Source: Octopus vulgaris (taxonomy: Eukaryota). From it: a DNA stretch of 64,000 nt. The position numbers and the translations under genes are program-made. The notes under the pieces are model-generated. The model was not told the DNA's origin. It was given only the letters and a program-made list of their open reading frames with translations, and did not search any database. This document shows positions 38,735 to 56,271 of the stretch, in pieces (position 1 is the first letter of the stretch; each line of letters begins with the position of its first letter). The stretch spans positions 31,744,001 through 31,808,000 of the forward strand of contig OX597819.1 of assembly GCA_951406725.2 (NCBI GenBank). Direction: 5' to 3'.

Positions 38735-39189
38735 GTCAATACGTACAGAAGCGACGAGAGGGGGGCATCCCTGACAGACCGAACGCACAATGTCGAAAGG
38801 TCTCGATAGATGTCCATTCACGCGAATTACCGAACGGAAGCCTCTGTACAAGGCAGCTATCCAGCCGCGGAAGACGGGACCGAAACCAGCCGCTATAAGA
38901 ACAACCTCCAAGTATCGGTAGTCTACCTTATCGAAAGCTTTGGAATGATTCAAAATGATTAGAGCCCCACCCATGCAAGGTACCTTAACTACCCTGTCTA
39001 CGATGTAGCGCATCAGATGGAGGTTGTCACGGATGCTCCGGCCCGGCACACGTCTGCGCATCGTCGGCCAGTTTCTCGATGACAAGCGCCAACCTCTTGG
39101 CTAAACACTTGGCCAAAATGTTCAAATCTGCATTGAGCAGAGTGATGGGCCTAAAGTTATCTATTACGTCCCCCTTACTTAGATCTTTA
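38735..39189 (-). pseudogene. L1/Tx1-clade LINE reverse transcriptase fragment
   Basis: Minus-strand translation KGDVIDNFRPITLLNADLNILAKCLAKRL...(frameshift)...PGRSIRDNLHLMR...SKAFDKVDYRYL...GFGPVFRGWIAALY...SVCQGCP matches the Tx1/L1 RT motifs RPI(S/T)LLN, PGRSIxDN, KAFDxV and QGCPLS. Confidence 0.9.
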
Positions 39190-39203
39190 GGTAGGTATAG
39201 ATA

Positions 39204-39343
39204 TGTAGGTCCCGGGTTGAGTCGGGGTTAACCACAGTAAATAAGGTACTCAATACATAGCAGAGTAAATTAATTTATTTTATAGAAGGAGCTTCTACAG
39301 GACTAGAACTGTTTCATTCAAATGAAATCATCAGGAAGCCATC
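39204..39343 (-). mobile_element. 140-bp insert with 10-bp TSD carrying a hammerhead; Penelope-like terminal-repeat fragment
   Basis: GGTATAGATA at 39194-39203 and 39344-39353. On minus, the hammerhead is followed by AATAAA. Confidence 0.65.
39291..39339 (-). ncRNA. Type I hammerhead ribozyme motif
   Basis: Minus strand: GCTTC-CTGATGA-TTTCATTTGAAT-GAAA-CAG-TTCTAGTC-CTG-TA-GAAGC. 5-bp stem I, 4-bp stem III, GUA triplet. Stem II opens with a U-U mismatch. Confidence 0.7.
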
Positions 39344-39345
39344 GG

Positions 39346-39940
39346 TATAGATAGATAGATAGATGGGTAGATAGATAGGTGGATGGACGGACGGGCGGGT
39401 AGACAGATGGATGGACGGGTAGACAGACGGTGGACGGGTAGACAGACGGATGGACGGGTAGACAGACGGATGGACGGGTGGATAGATAGACAGACGGATA
39501 GAGAGATGGATAGGCGGACAGATAGATTGATGGATAGACTGATACATAGACGGATAGACTGACACATAGACTGACACATAGACGGATAGACTGACACAGA
39601 CTGACACAGACGGATAGACTGACACATAGACGGATAGACTGACACATAGACTGACACATAGACGGATAGACTGACACATAGACGGATAGACTGACACATA
39701 GACAGATAGACTGACACATAGACAGATAGACTGACACATAGACAGATAGACTGACACATAGACAGATAGACTGATACATAGACAGATAGACTGATACATA
39801 GACAGATAGACTGACACATAGACAGATAGACTGATACATAGATGAATAGACAGATAACTAGATGGACAGACGGATACATAGGCAGATAGACAAAATAGAT
39901 CGACAAATAAATAAACTGACAGACAGACAGACAGACAGAT
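39346..39940. repeat. GATA/GACG-derived minisatellite (20-bp GAC(A/G)GATAGACTGACACATA core)
   Basis: Regular 20-bp units at ~39530-39840. Confidence 0.9.
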
Positions 39941-40555
39941 ATCCGTCGCTCGTTTGCGGCACAGGGGCACCGGCACCAATTTCAAGTAATGCTTAAGTCA
40001 ATCCGTATTAAGCTTTGTATTTTCTCGTCTGCCACTTATTTTATCGATCTACATTCATTGATCACTTCATTATTGATTAACCTTTTTATTATATAAACAT
40101 ATAACTTTTTTATTTTTTTTTTTACATAATACCGGTGTTTAATCGGTGGTATCTTGACACGCACACACACACACACACACACACATGTACACACACACAG
40201 TACATATCTGTTGTGTGAGTGTGTACTGCTGGTTGATATGGATTCACAGACAAGATAGTAACAGCAGTAAAAGCTGGCTTTCACTAAACAAATCTATACA
40301 AAGACCGCCGTGATTGTCAGCTTATTTCATTGATATAGACGGCGTATTTATTATTATATCAATATTATTAACTATGTGGGGGTCAATCAGGTATATTTTA
40401 TCGACAGCTATTAATTAACTAACAACATAACAATTAGACTATTTCGGCGAGGCTCGTTGTTTATAACAATACAATATGGTTAGTGAAAACTATTCTGGTT
40501 CATTCAATTACTAGCGTTGTGTTGTTAGAGAATTTGTTAATATACATAGTTTAAT

Positions 40556-40600
<45 letters not shown>

Positions 40601-40831
40601 TGTGTATGTGTGTGTGTATGTGTATATGTATATATATATATATATAATATATAAAATATATATATATTATATATATATATATTTATAAAATATGTACACT
40701 CTCTTTTACTTGTTTAGTCGAGCAAATCGACCTCAGAACTTTTTCTTTTGTGTGCACGTATGCACATGCAGATATGCACAAATAGAAATGTATACTGGGT
40801 ATATATGCAACTATACATTATATTCGTGTAT

Positions 40832-40991
40832 GCAGGAGTGGCTGTGTGGTAAGTAGCTTGTTTACCAACCACATTGTTCCGGGTTCAGTCCCACTGCGTG
40901 GCACCTTGGGCAAGTGTCTTCTACTATAGCCTCGGGCCGACCAAAGCCTTGTGAGTGGATTTGGTAGACGGAAACTGAAAGAAGCCCGTCG

Positions 40992-41044
<53 letters not shown>

Positions 41045-41262
41045 ATGTTTGTGTCTGTGTTTGTCCCCCTAGCATTGCTTGACAACCGTTGCTGGTGTGT
41101 TTATGTCCCCGTCACTTAGCGGTTCGGCAAAAGAGCCCGATAGAATAAGTACTGGGCTTACAAAAGAATAAGTCCCGGAGTCGAGTTGCTCGATTAAAGG
41201 CGGTGCTCCAGCATGGCCGCAGTCAAAATGACTGAAACAAGTAAAAAAAAAAAAAAAAAAAA
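40832..41262 (+). mobile_element. SINE family B, full length, A-rich tail
   Basis: GCAGGAGTGGCTGTGTGG head through AATGACTGAAACAAGT(A)n. Confidence 0.92.
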
Positions 41263-41689
41263 GAAAGAATGTATGCATATAAATACACACAAACACACAC
41301 ATATACGTGCTTTCATGTATATCTATATATGCGTATGTGTGTGTGTATATATATATCACATATACATACCTATATATATACACATACATGCATACATATG
41401 TTTCACAAACACACACACACAAACCCATGCTGAAGAGAAAGAATCTTGAATTTTATAATTCATGGATATGCCCATGTTTATACAAACCAATATTGATGTA
41501 TTTAATTAACTAGATGCTAATTAAAAGGTTTTACATACATTTATAGACACTTCAAAGCAACTTGATATTAAATTATTATTTTGATATGAGCTTTCGTCAT
41601 GTATAGTCCAGCGTATAGTCAGTCAATCGAGAGTTGGTCAGTGTGTAGTTAATAGCGATATGGTTAGGTCAACCACATGGTCAATGAGG

Positions 41690-41970
41690 TCAAACGAACT
41701 TTGGTCAGCAAGTGGTGTGTGGGACTTTGGCTAGTGAGCGGTGATTGGGATCTTGGCTAGTGAGCGGTGATTGGGACCTTGGCCAGTGAGCGGTGTTTGG
41801 GATCTTGGTCACTGTGGTGTTTGGGACGTTGGTCACTGTGTGGTGTTTGGGACGTTGGTCACTGTGTGGTGTTTGGGACGTTGGTCACTGTGTGGTGTTT
41901 GGGACGTTGGTCAGTGTGTGGTGTTTAGGATCTTGGTCAGTGTTTGGTCAAACAAACATTGGTCAGTGTT
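41690..41970. repeat. 24-26 bp minisatellite TTGGTCACTGTGTGGTGTTTGGGACG
   Basis: About ten tandem units. Confidence 0.85.
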
Positions 41971-42962
41971 AGCTGTTTCGAGAGACCTTGTTTAGCATTA
42001 GTAATGTAGTCAGTGTGAAGTGTTTCGGTGATATAAGAGTGTAGCGAATAGAGACTTGGTCAGTCAGTCCATGTGGTCAGTTGAAAACATGCTTAATCTG
42101 AGATTTCAAACATCAATAAGGATAAAATACCACATACATACATACAAACAGACACACACACACACACAAACACCATGGGCTTTTTTTCAGTTTACGCCAA
42201 CCAAATTCACTCACAAGGGTTCGGTCAATCCGGTGGCTGTTGTAAAAGACATTTGCCCAAGGTGCTGCACAAAGGGACAGAACCCATGATCCCATGGTTA
42301 GAAAGCAAGCTTCTTAACTACACAGCCACGCCTGTGTATCTCTAAATAGAACAGTGACGGGATGGTCACAGTTGGAACGCTTTTCATCCTTGGTAAATAG
42401 GTCCGTTGGATTAGAGTTAACTTGGACTGCACAGCTCCCACCTTGTGCGTGTGCGAGCACGTGTGTGTGTGTGTATATATAGACAGAAAATGTAATTAGA
42501 ATGTAATTAGTGATGTGGCTGGCTGGTTGTTGGTTGGTTGGTACGTACGAGCTAATTAGGTGCTTTATTTAAAAGGTACATAACATGATGGTAAGACGGG
42601 CTGTTGAGGTACGGTGCACTGCTAAGGAAACATTATTTAAAAAAAAATAACAAACAAAAGAACCTTGTAAATAACTGTGTGAGCTATATATATATATATA
42701 TATATATTACAAATATAAATGATACATGTATATTATACAATGTGTGTGTGAGTGTATATATATATATATATATATATAACATATACACACATGCACCCCC
42801 CCCATATATATATACAGATCTATACATATACACACATGTACATGCTATATATACACATACGTTTTTATACATATGCATACGAATAATATATATATATATA
42901 TATATTTACATGTATAATTAATGTAAATTATATAAATGATATAGATTACATGTATTAATATA

Positions 42963-43347
42963 CTAGCAGTATCGCCCGGCGTTGCTCAGGTTTATAAGGG
43001 AAATAACTATAAAGCATTTTTAGAGAGTTATAGCCAAAAAATAGCAAAAAAATGGAAAAAAAATGATGGTAAATTTTATTTGAGAGTTAAAAAAGGTGGA
43101 GTTGCGTCCCCTAGACGGTCTGTGGTTTGTGTTTCTGATTCTCGACCCCATGTCGAATTTATCGATTTTTTTCAGAACTGGGGGAACTTTTCAAAATTTT
43201 CGCTGCGTTAGTTTTGAATTATGACATTGGGCTATGTGTGTGTCAAGTTTCATCAGAATCGGTTGAAAGCCGTGGTCAGGGTGAGGGTACGAGAAAACAG
43301 ACACACAGAAACACGCACAGACAAACTGCCGTTTATATAGAGAGAGA
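42963..43347 (-). mobile_element. Non-autonomous Helitron
   Basis: Near-identical to 25555-25920, with TC...CTAG ends between A and T. Confidence 0.85.
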
Positions 43348-43463
43348 TATACAATATATTTATATTGTGTGTGAGTGCATATGTTATATATATATATATA
43401 CACACACACACATTTAAATATACGTACACAAATATATACACATACATTTATACATATGGATTC

Positions 43464-43511
<48 letters not shown>

Positions 43512-43750
43512 AGCCTCCGCGTAAACCATTGGTTCGTTTTGTTCTCTTACTTTATTATAATCTTATAATCATCTCATAATAATGACCTTTATGACTAGTA
43601 TTACTACCTCAGTCAATCTAAATGTATATATTTGTCACTACCTGTCATAAAGAGCCTTTTTCTACTTGCAATATGCATTTTCGTTGATTTTTCATATTTT
43701 ACCCTTACATTTCCACGTGTGTTTTATATTTTCTTATCGTAACATATTTC

Positions 43751-43821
<71 letters not shown>

Positions 43822-44017
43822 CATACATACACATACATACATACACATACATACATACATATACATACATACATATACATACATACATACATATACATAC
43901 ATACATATACATACATACATATACATACATACATATACATGCATACATACATATACATGCATACATACATACATACATATATATACATACATACATACAT
44001 ACATATACATACATATA

Positions 44018-44067
<50 letters not shown>

Positions 44068-44311
44068 GCGCATACATATACAAATAATATATGCATATAC
44101 ATAATATATAAATGTATGTAAACATGGAGGTAGTGGAGGCGCGCATTAAGTGTGCGTGCACGCGAATGCATTTGTCGGATGGTGTATGTTTTAAAACGAG
44201 AATCCAAACAAACACGCACGGGACCTGACAGCAGCAGCAGCAACGTCAGTAAAAGCAGCAGCAGCAGCTAAGACATTTGTTGATTGTTTCTATATTTACC
44301 TTAAACTGCTT

Positions 44312-44348
<37 letters not shown>

Positions 44349-44759
44349 TTCACTGAAAACGCTGTATGTATGTATGTATGTATATATACGCGTGCAAGTA
44401 TATATATGTGTTGTCGTAAGGAGCAATGCTAAGGGAGTAGTAAATACGTGTTAACAAGAAAAGTGACTGATGAAAAAAACAGCCATGTTTTTCAACAAGA
44501 CGTTATAATCTGACTTGCGATACGTTATCACATTAGGACCAGTGTTTCTCGCTTTCAATATCCTACGCACACGCAAAAACACACTGACACGCACACATAA
44601 ATGTACATACGAGGGCACGCGTACAAGCACATACTTAACATTATATATATATATATACATACATATAAATGTGGTAAGGGCCAACGCACTAAACTCTCGG
44701 ATTTTGAGTCACCGCTACTGCTAAATATTAATAAAAATATAAATGTATATATACATGTA

Positions 44760-45680
44760 TACATATACATGCATATACGCATATATATATATACATATAC
44801 ATACATATACGCATATATATATACATACATATACGCATATATATACACACACATACGCATATATATACATACACATACGCATATATATACATACACATAC
44901 GCATATATATACATACACATACGCATATATATACATACACATACGCATATATATACATACACATACGCATATATATACATACACATACGCATATATATAC
45001 ATACACATACGCATATATATACATACACATACGCATATATATATACATACACATACGCATATATATACATACACATACGCATATATATACATACACATAT
45101 GCATATATATACATACACATATATATACATACGCATACGCATATATATACATACGCATACGCATATATATACATACACATATATATACATACGCATACGC
45201 ATATATATACATACGCATACGCATATATATACATACGCATACGCATACATACACATACGCATATATATATACATACACATACGCATATATATATACATAC
45301 ACATACGCATATATATATACATACACATACGCATATATATATACATACACATACATATATACATACACATACGCATATATATATACATACACATACGCAT
45401 ATATATATACATACACATACGCATATATATATACATACACATACGCATATATATATACATACACATACGCATATATATATACATACACATACGCATATAT
45501 ATATATACATACACATACGCATATATATATACATACACATACATACATATATATATATACATACGCGCATATATATATACATACGCATATATATATGCAT
45601 ATATATATACATACGCATATATATATATATACATACATATACGCATATATATATACATACATATACGCATATATATATAT
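44760..45680. repeat. 22-24 bp minisatellite GCATATATATACATACACATAC
   Basis: Regular tandem units. Source of the spurious 300+ aa ORFs. Confidence 0.95.
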
Positions 45681-45750
45681 AAATATATAAACGCACACAG
45701 TGTGCGAAAGACATAAATACAATGATATTGTAATCATGTTTATGATATAT

Positions 45751-45819
<69 letters not shown>

Positions 45820-46516
45820 CAGAAATCGTATTAGTCATATACCAATGCACTTTGTAATACCGACAACTGCAATCTGTGGATGTGTGTGAGGTGTGTGCAT
45901 GCATGCGTATTATATATGCCCTACCCCTCGAGGCCTGTCTCATACCAACGAAGACTATATATGCTGCAAATGTGTGTGTGTGTGCGTGTGTGTGTGTGCG
46001 TGTGTGTGTGTGTGTGTGTGCGAATGTGCCCATACATATATATGCTTGTACAAGAACACACGATTACAGAAAGGTATGCGAAACTAGACATGTACACACA
46101 CACACACACGTTATACATACTGTTTACAGTGAAGAGATGGTGGTGAACTGAATGACAAATACGGGAAAAACAAAAAAAAATTATTCTGTCGAATAAGTGA
46201 AATTTCCCTCTTAGACATAGGTACATAAAATTGTTAAGACTAAATAAACATCTCTCGATATCTATGTATATCTATATCTATCTACCTATCTATATATGCA
46301 TATATCTACCTATCTATATATGTATATATCTACCTATCTATATATGTATATATCTACCTATCTATATATGTATATATCTACCTATCTATATATGTATATA
46401 TCTACCTATCTATATATGTATATATCTACCTATCTATCTCTCTATATATATACATATGTATATATATCTATCTATATCTCTATATCTATCTATATCTCTA
46501 TCTATCTATCTATCTA

Positions 46517-46565
<49 letters not shown>

Positions 46566-46761
46566 ACACACAGACAAAACAGACACGCACAGCTACAGAC
46601 ACTCATCCGCCACTTTTGTTGTAGTTTTCACCACTGTTTTCAAGAAGCGGCGGAACAAAACAGAACCGAGACGAACGAATGACAAGAGAGGTTTTGTCAA
46701 TTGATAGAGAAAGAATGGAGAAAAGCATACGATTTAAAGCGAAAGACAAAGTACATGAATT

Positions 46762-46804
<43 letters not shown>

Positions 46805-47062
46805 TGGAGAGTGATTTGAAGAGGGAAGTAGTTTAGAATAAAGACGAGAAGAAATAGCATGTACTTAAGACGGCGAAAACGAAATAAGAAAGTTGATTAC
46901 CGAGAGAATAATGAAGAGAAAGAGATTCAAGTACACACAAACATGGATGGATAGATAGAGAGATAGACAGACAAATGTGTCGTTATATATGTATATTTTG
47001 TATATGTAGCGGAAAAAATGACAGAATGAGATTAAGATATGTAAGAGAATATGACAGATAAA

Positions 47063-47150
<88 letters not shown>

Positions 47151-47293
47151 GTAGACACAGATAGAAAGATAGATAGACAGACGGACGGAGAGATAGATAG
47201 ATAGATAGATACAAAAGAAAAGAGAAGTGGGTGAAAAAGGAGTAAGAAAAGACAGAGGCGTTAGATAGACAGATAAAATTAGAGACAGAGTTA

Positions 47294-47341
<48 letters not shown>

Positions 47342-47406
47342 TACGCTGAAAGGTTTTAGAGGTGGCAGTGTTTGACAGTTGTAGTGAGAGGGGGAAGACG
47401 GGAAAA

Positions 47407-47440
<34 letters not shown>

Positions 47441-47757
47441 AGAAGTAGCTGGAGATCTAAGCTGAGACAAAGGAATGTAAATATAGGTACTACGGGATTG
47501 TGATGTGTGTGTGCGCATACATACACATGCATATATATGCATACATATATACACATATGTATGCATACATATATACACATATATATGCATACATATATAC
47601 ACATATATATATACACACACATATATATATATACACATATGCATATATATATACACACATACATATATATATACACACATACATGCGTACATATTCTATA
47701 TAAATATGCAAATATACATAAAAATATGCATACACACTTACTCAGACACACACACAT

Positions 47758-47824
<67 letters not shown>

Positions 47825-48416
47825 CACACATACTCAGAGACAGACAGACAGACATACAAATTATATAGACAGAGAGACGGACAAAACTACAACCACATAC
47901 GTTGAGTGAATCTCTCTCTACACGGTTGACAGGCCTGCTAGAAAGAGCAACCAAAAACTCCTTCAAACAACAAACAGGGTAAAAAGAGAAAGAGAAAGAC
48001 AATGTGATCGTAAGGCACCCAGAAGAAAAGAAAAGAAAAGAAAAGAAAAGAAAAGAAAAAAAAACGAAAACACCTTTCGTTTAAATACGCCTGCTGGATC
48101 AATCAATTGCCTTCCTTGGGTTAAATGACACACACACGCAGGCAGGCATACTCCCACATACACACATATGCACTAAAAAAAATGTCACATTCATAATAGG
48201 AAGTTACATGCATCCGAGTATCTATGTAAGAGAGCGGAAACACACACACACACACAGATTTAGTATGCACGCACAAACGCACACATGTTTATCGTATGAT
48301 TGATTTTCTACAGTTGAATACACATACGTACATAATACATACATATACATATATATATACACAAACATACATACATACATAACACAACATGCCTTTCCTA
48401 GAAAGGCCTACAATAT

Positions 48417-48601
48417 CTATTTCTTTACTGCCCACAAGGGGCTAAACACAGAGGGGGACAAAGAAGGACAGACAAAGGGATTAAGTCGATTACATCGACC
48501 CCAGTGCGTAACTGGTACTTTTATTTATCGACCACCCCGAAAGGATGAAAGGCAAAGTCGACCTCGGCGGAATTTGAACTCAGAACGTACCGGCGGACGA
48601 A
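48417..48601 (-). mobile_element. SINE family A, 5'-truncated
   Basis: 15-bp TSD AAAGGCCTACAATAT at 48402-48416 and 48602-48616. Confidence 0.92.
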
Positions 48602-48876
48602 AAAGGCCTACAATATATCATTTCACCTGTTAATCTACAAGGCAAGAGTGTACGTGTGTGTGTGTGTGTGTGTCTATGTGTACGTGTATGTGTGCGTGTG
48701 TGCGCATATAAGTTCACACAAGCTTAATAATGAAACAGTAGGTATCGTACGCGCGCACATACACACACACACACACTTGTACCGTCGTTGACATATGTCT
48801 ACGATATATGCTGCATGTGTGTATACACGAAAAAGAACGTGTTTGTGTGTGTTTGTCTGTACACACACTGTACATA

Positions 48877-48933
<57 letters not shown>

Positions 48934-49421
48934 GTATACACGCAAACACAGACGTACACACATGCGTGTGTGTGTGTGTGAGTGTAATTGTACAAATGCC
49001 TGTCTTAATACTGTTTATCCATTGATAACGGACAGAAACAGATGATTAGAGTAATGGCTGTAAGTAGTAGGAGGTAGAAGAGAGGAGAGGAAGGGTAAGA
49101 GGAAATATCTATGAGAGAGAGAGAGAGAGGAAGAAGGGTAGATAATGGGAGATAGTAAGAAGAATTAATGTGAAAAGGGAGGAGAGAGAGAAAGGAAGGG
49201 TAAGAGGAATTAATAAACTGAGAAAAAGGGGGAAAGAAAAAAGGGAAGGGAAGATGAATTAATAAAGCGTTAGAGTGGGTGGGAGGAGAAAGAGAGTTAA
49301 GAGGAATTAAAAGTGAATGAGAGAGAAGACGAAGGAGAGATAATGAAATGGTTGTGTATCCTATCTCCGTGCCAGCATGTATCTATGTATGTATGTTAGC
49401 TGTTAATATGTATATATATAA

Positions 49422-49454
<33 letters not shown>

Positions 49455-50013
49455 GGCGCGCTGGCACGTGTAAAAGGTGTCGAGGGAGGGAGGAAGAGCA
49501 GTGAAGAATTTCTAAAAGACTTCCAACTGCTAATTGTTTCAAGCGACCATCAAAGAGTGTGGCATGTAATCGAAGCTGACAGCACCAACTAAGCTTTGTT
49601 AACCGGGTTTCGAATACTTGCTGAATCCAGCTGAGCTTTCATTCACACGAGAGATCAAGACGAGGCATGTGATGGCACACACATGCACGTAAAGCATGCT
49701 TCTTTCTGTGTCTGTGTGTTTCCTTTATAATATTTATTACATAAAACACTCACCTAACCAGCTTTTATCACACACACACTCACAGACACATGCATGCATA
49801 CAGATACGCGTCTTACGCATATAAGAAGGGTTATAACGTAAATTTACATTGGTTTACAAACTGCGGTGAAGCCGCGCATGAGTGCAACTATCTTTGTGTG
49901 TGTGTGTGTGTGTGTGTGCGTGCGCCTACATGTAACAAACATGTCTTTACCCAAATACAACACCAAGGGGTTACTTGTGTATATGTACCTATGTGTGTGT
50001 GTATATGTACCTA

Positions 50014-50049
<36 letters not shown>

Positions 50050-50093
50050 GGGAGAGTATACGGATCACAGTGGACTCTACTCTTGAGAAATCC

Positions 50094-50125
<32 letters not shown>

Positions 50126-50165
50126 GGGAGAGTATACAGATCACAGTGGACTCTACTCTTGAGAA

Positions 50166-50201
<36 letters not shown>

Positions 50202-50937
50202 GGAGTAAACATGTATATATATATATTTATATATAATACAGACACATACATAAACGAGTACACGTATACATAACGAGAGAGTGAAAGTTCGTACGCGGAT
50301 GAATGTGTACGTATGCGTATGAAGTAGTGGACGACTAAACGATATTGTTAAGTAGAAGATAAAAAAGTATTTGTGTAGCAAAAAGTATGTAACCTAATAT
50401 AAGAGTTTAAGTACGGTGGTGACGGTGGTGGTTGATAGTTAGAATGAAGGCGCTCACTTGTGGTAGTGGTGATAGCTATAAAAAGGTGACAGTGACGGGG
50501 GTAAAGTTATAAAGTGGTAGAGCGATGGTAGTGGTGGTGGTGGTGGTGGTGCCGGCGCTATTGATAGTTATAGCGAGGTAGTAAAGGAGAAGAGGAGGGT
50601 TCGCGAGAACAGCCGTCGAGTATGCTACAGCGTTCAATACCCACTGACAAACATGTAATTAGAGCTGTATGCAGACACGCACGCACGCACACACTGTCAC
50701 ATACACATACACACCTATTTAGTCCTTTAACACAAGTTCTATAATCACAAGCGTGTTTTTTTGTACGTGTGTATGTGTGCACATACATACATACATATTC
50801 GTAGAAAGTAGATGATTTAGTTGGCCACCACCACTCAGGCAGGCTCTCCGCTGCTACGTATGATCACTCACATAACACAAAGATCGCACCAAGTGATTCT
50901 TGTTGACAATATTTTTCTCATATATATATATTCAGTT

Positions 50938-51085
50938 CCGAGGTCGACTTTGCCTTTCATCCTTTCGGGGGTCGATAAATAAAAGTACCAGTTTCGTACT
51001 GGGGTCGATGTAATCGACTTTAATCCCTTTGTCTGTCCTTGTTTGTCCTCTCTATGTTTAGCCCCTTGTGGGCAATAAAGAAATA
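50938..51085 (+). mobile_element. SINE family A, 5'-truncated
   Basis: TSD (AT)nATTCAGTT on both sides. Starts at CCGAGGTCGAC. Confidence 0.9.
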
Positions 51086-52225
51086 TATATATTCAGTTGT
51101 ATGAATATGTTGATAAAAACGAACTTTAAAGCAATTTCTAGTAAACCCAATCAAAGTTCTGGGAACACCGTTATCTGATCCAACTTTGGCGTACTAAATG
51201 AGTGAAAAGGGGGAAAAAATGTTTTGCTGAAATTTCAGGTAGGAGGGGAAAGGGCTTGAATAAAATTTTACAAGAATAATTTTTGATTGAATTTCTATTT
51301 AAAGTTTTATGAGAACTATGATATATCACACACACACACACAAAAAAAGACAAACTTTTCTAATATATGTTAGAACATCTAAACTAAAAGCTGGATTACA
51401 CTATAATATATTTTTAAATTTGGAGACATTTGAGCTGGTTGTATATTGTATTTTATATTAAAAGCCACATTTAGGGAACAGTCTAATAATGACGTGAAGA
51501 TCTAATGAGGGTAATGTAATCTCACAGTGAAAGTAATAATTAAATTTCGTGCAAATACTTTCACCTCATTCTCAATACTTAATTTTATGTTCCTATTTTC
51601 ATAATCGCCTGAAAATCGGCAACGAAAAACAAAACTTGGAAGTAACGATGCCTGAGCGTGGTGAGCACGCGAGTTTTTGTGTGCGTTGGAGAGAGGGAGA
51701 ACCAACCAATGTCCTGAAAGTAAGCTAAATGCAGTGTTTTACATGTTTTGTTACAGTTAAACGCTCGTGAAAAAACTAACCACCAACACCACCACCATAA
51801 CAACCACATCAGTAACACTTCCACTGCTACACCCACCACCATTACCATCCCACCACCACCACCACCACCACCTCCGTTACCGTCATTGAGGAAGCTTCTA
51901 CGAAATTAATCACTTGCTAGAAATAGATATCAAATTACCCAGAAATCGTAAATCCACTTTCTTAAAAAAAAAAAAAAAAAAAAACAGACATTAGATAATA
52001 TAGTTAGTCATAGTGTCGTAGATACCGTTCCAACAAACAGGATGGTCACACCTGGAATGCCTTTGCTCGTCGGTTCGTCGACACGATCAGGCTTGTCCAT
52101 ATTAGACAACAACAATCAATAATAATTGTAACGGAATATTATACATACGTGCATGTACATAAATATATACGCATGTGATTATATGTATGGGTATCCGTGT
52201 ATAAATAGATATATATGCATGCATG

Positions 52226-52275
<50 letters not shown>

Positions 52276-53444
52276 CACAACTCACGCTCACTCGTTTCTT
52301 TTGAGTAAGCACAAGGTTAATATTTGTCGTAGAACAAGATATACATCACCAGTTTTATATATATATATATATATATATAGCCGAAATTGCGAGGATGATC
52401 CGGTTCTTGACTGAAGATTAGAGGCTTCGAATGACCCGTCTGTGTTTTTTGTATCGTCTATTTGAATGTTTTGCGTTCTTGTCCCATTTTGCATTTATTT
52501 TTATATATATATATATATATATAATTCTCTGGAAGGTAATTATACAATAACAATGCTACTGAGACGAAAAAAAAAAAAAGGCGCACGACTAGAAAAAACA
52601 AAACACACACACAAACATAATATTAGTTTTCTTTATGTTAGTGAAAAATAAACTGATAAATATTCAGATTTCTATTGAGAAAAGTATAAAGCTCTGTCTG
52701 ACATTTAGTGAAATAGGTGACAGCAGGATGTAGAGACATTCAACCCTTTCCCCCCAATAAATGTAAAGAATTCCGAAGTGGGGGTGGGCGGGCGGGCGGG
52801 GAAATGGGGAAATGTGTGAGTGTGTGTGTGTGTGTGTGTGTTAGCCGTAAGTGTTTGGAATCACCGGAAGTTCATCTCTTCCCCCCCCCTCTATCACTCC
52901 CCTCTGTTCTCAACGTTCGCATTATTTCACACACACACACACACACACACACATAGACACACACGAACACACACACACACAAGTGTATGTAAGTGTGATG
53001 GGTCAATAAACTTAAGCGTAAAAAACCCCAAAAAACCCCCAAAAGTAACATATACACAGACACACAAACACACTCACATACGTTCTCACAGGCATAACAG
53101 AAATACATCCAGACACACAGCCACATACACACACACATACATACACACCTATACGCACAGTGATTAATTAAACATTTACAGCTGAACACCAATATACTAA
53201 AAATAAACTAAATTGTATTTAAACAGAAGGCCAAGTGTGTGTGCGTGTGTGTGCGTGCGTGCGTGTGCCTGCTTGCCTCTATGCGCGCGTGTGCGCTGTG
53301 TGTATACACAGATGTGTATGTATGTATGTGCATGTCTTAAATCTTTATCGCGTTTACAAATACTTATCACACGTATATACTAACAATTATAAATATACAC
53401 ACACACACACACACGCACACATCGAGAGCGGTAGATAGAGAAGA

Positions 53445-56090
<2,646 letters not shown>

Positions 56091-56235
56091 AGATTTATAT
56101 ATAATAGCGGAGCGATCAAAATACACACACACTAGCACACGCACACACTAGCACACGCAGGTACACATACATATAAAGACACGAGAAGACGTGCTTTTCC
56201 AAACACACATCGAAGAACAAATATAAGTGCAGATA

Positions 56236-56271
<36 letters not shown>

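Noticed and set aside
44555-45813. ORFs of 315-371 aa
   Set aside because: Translations of a 22-24 bp minisatellite.
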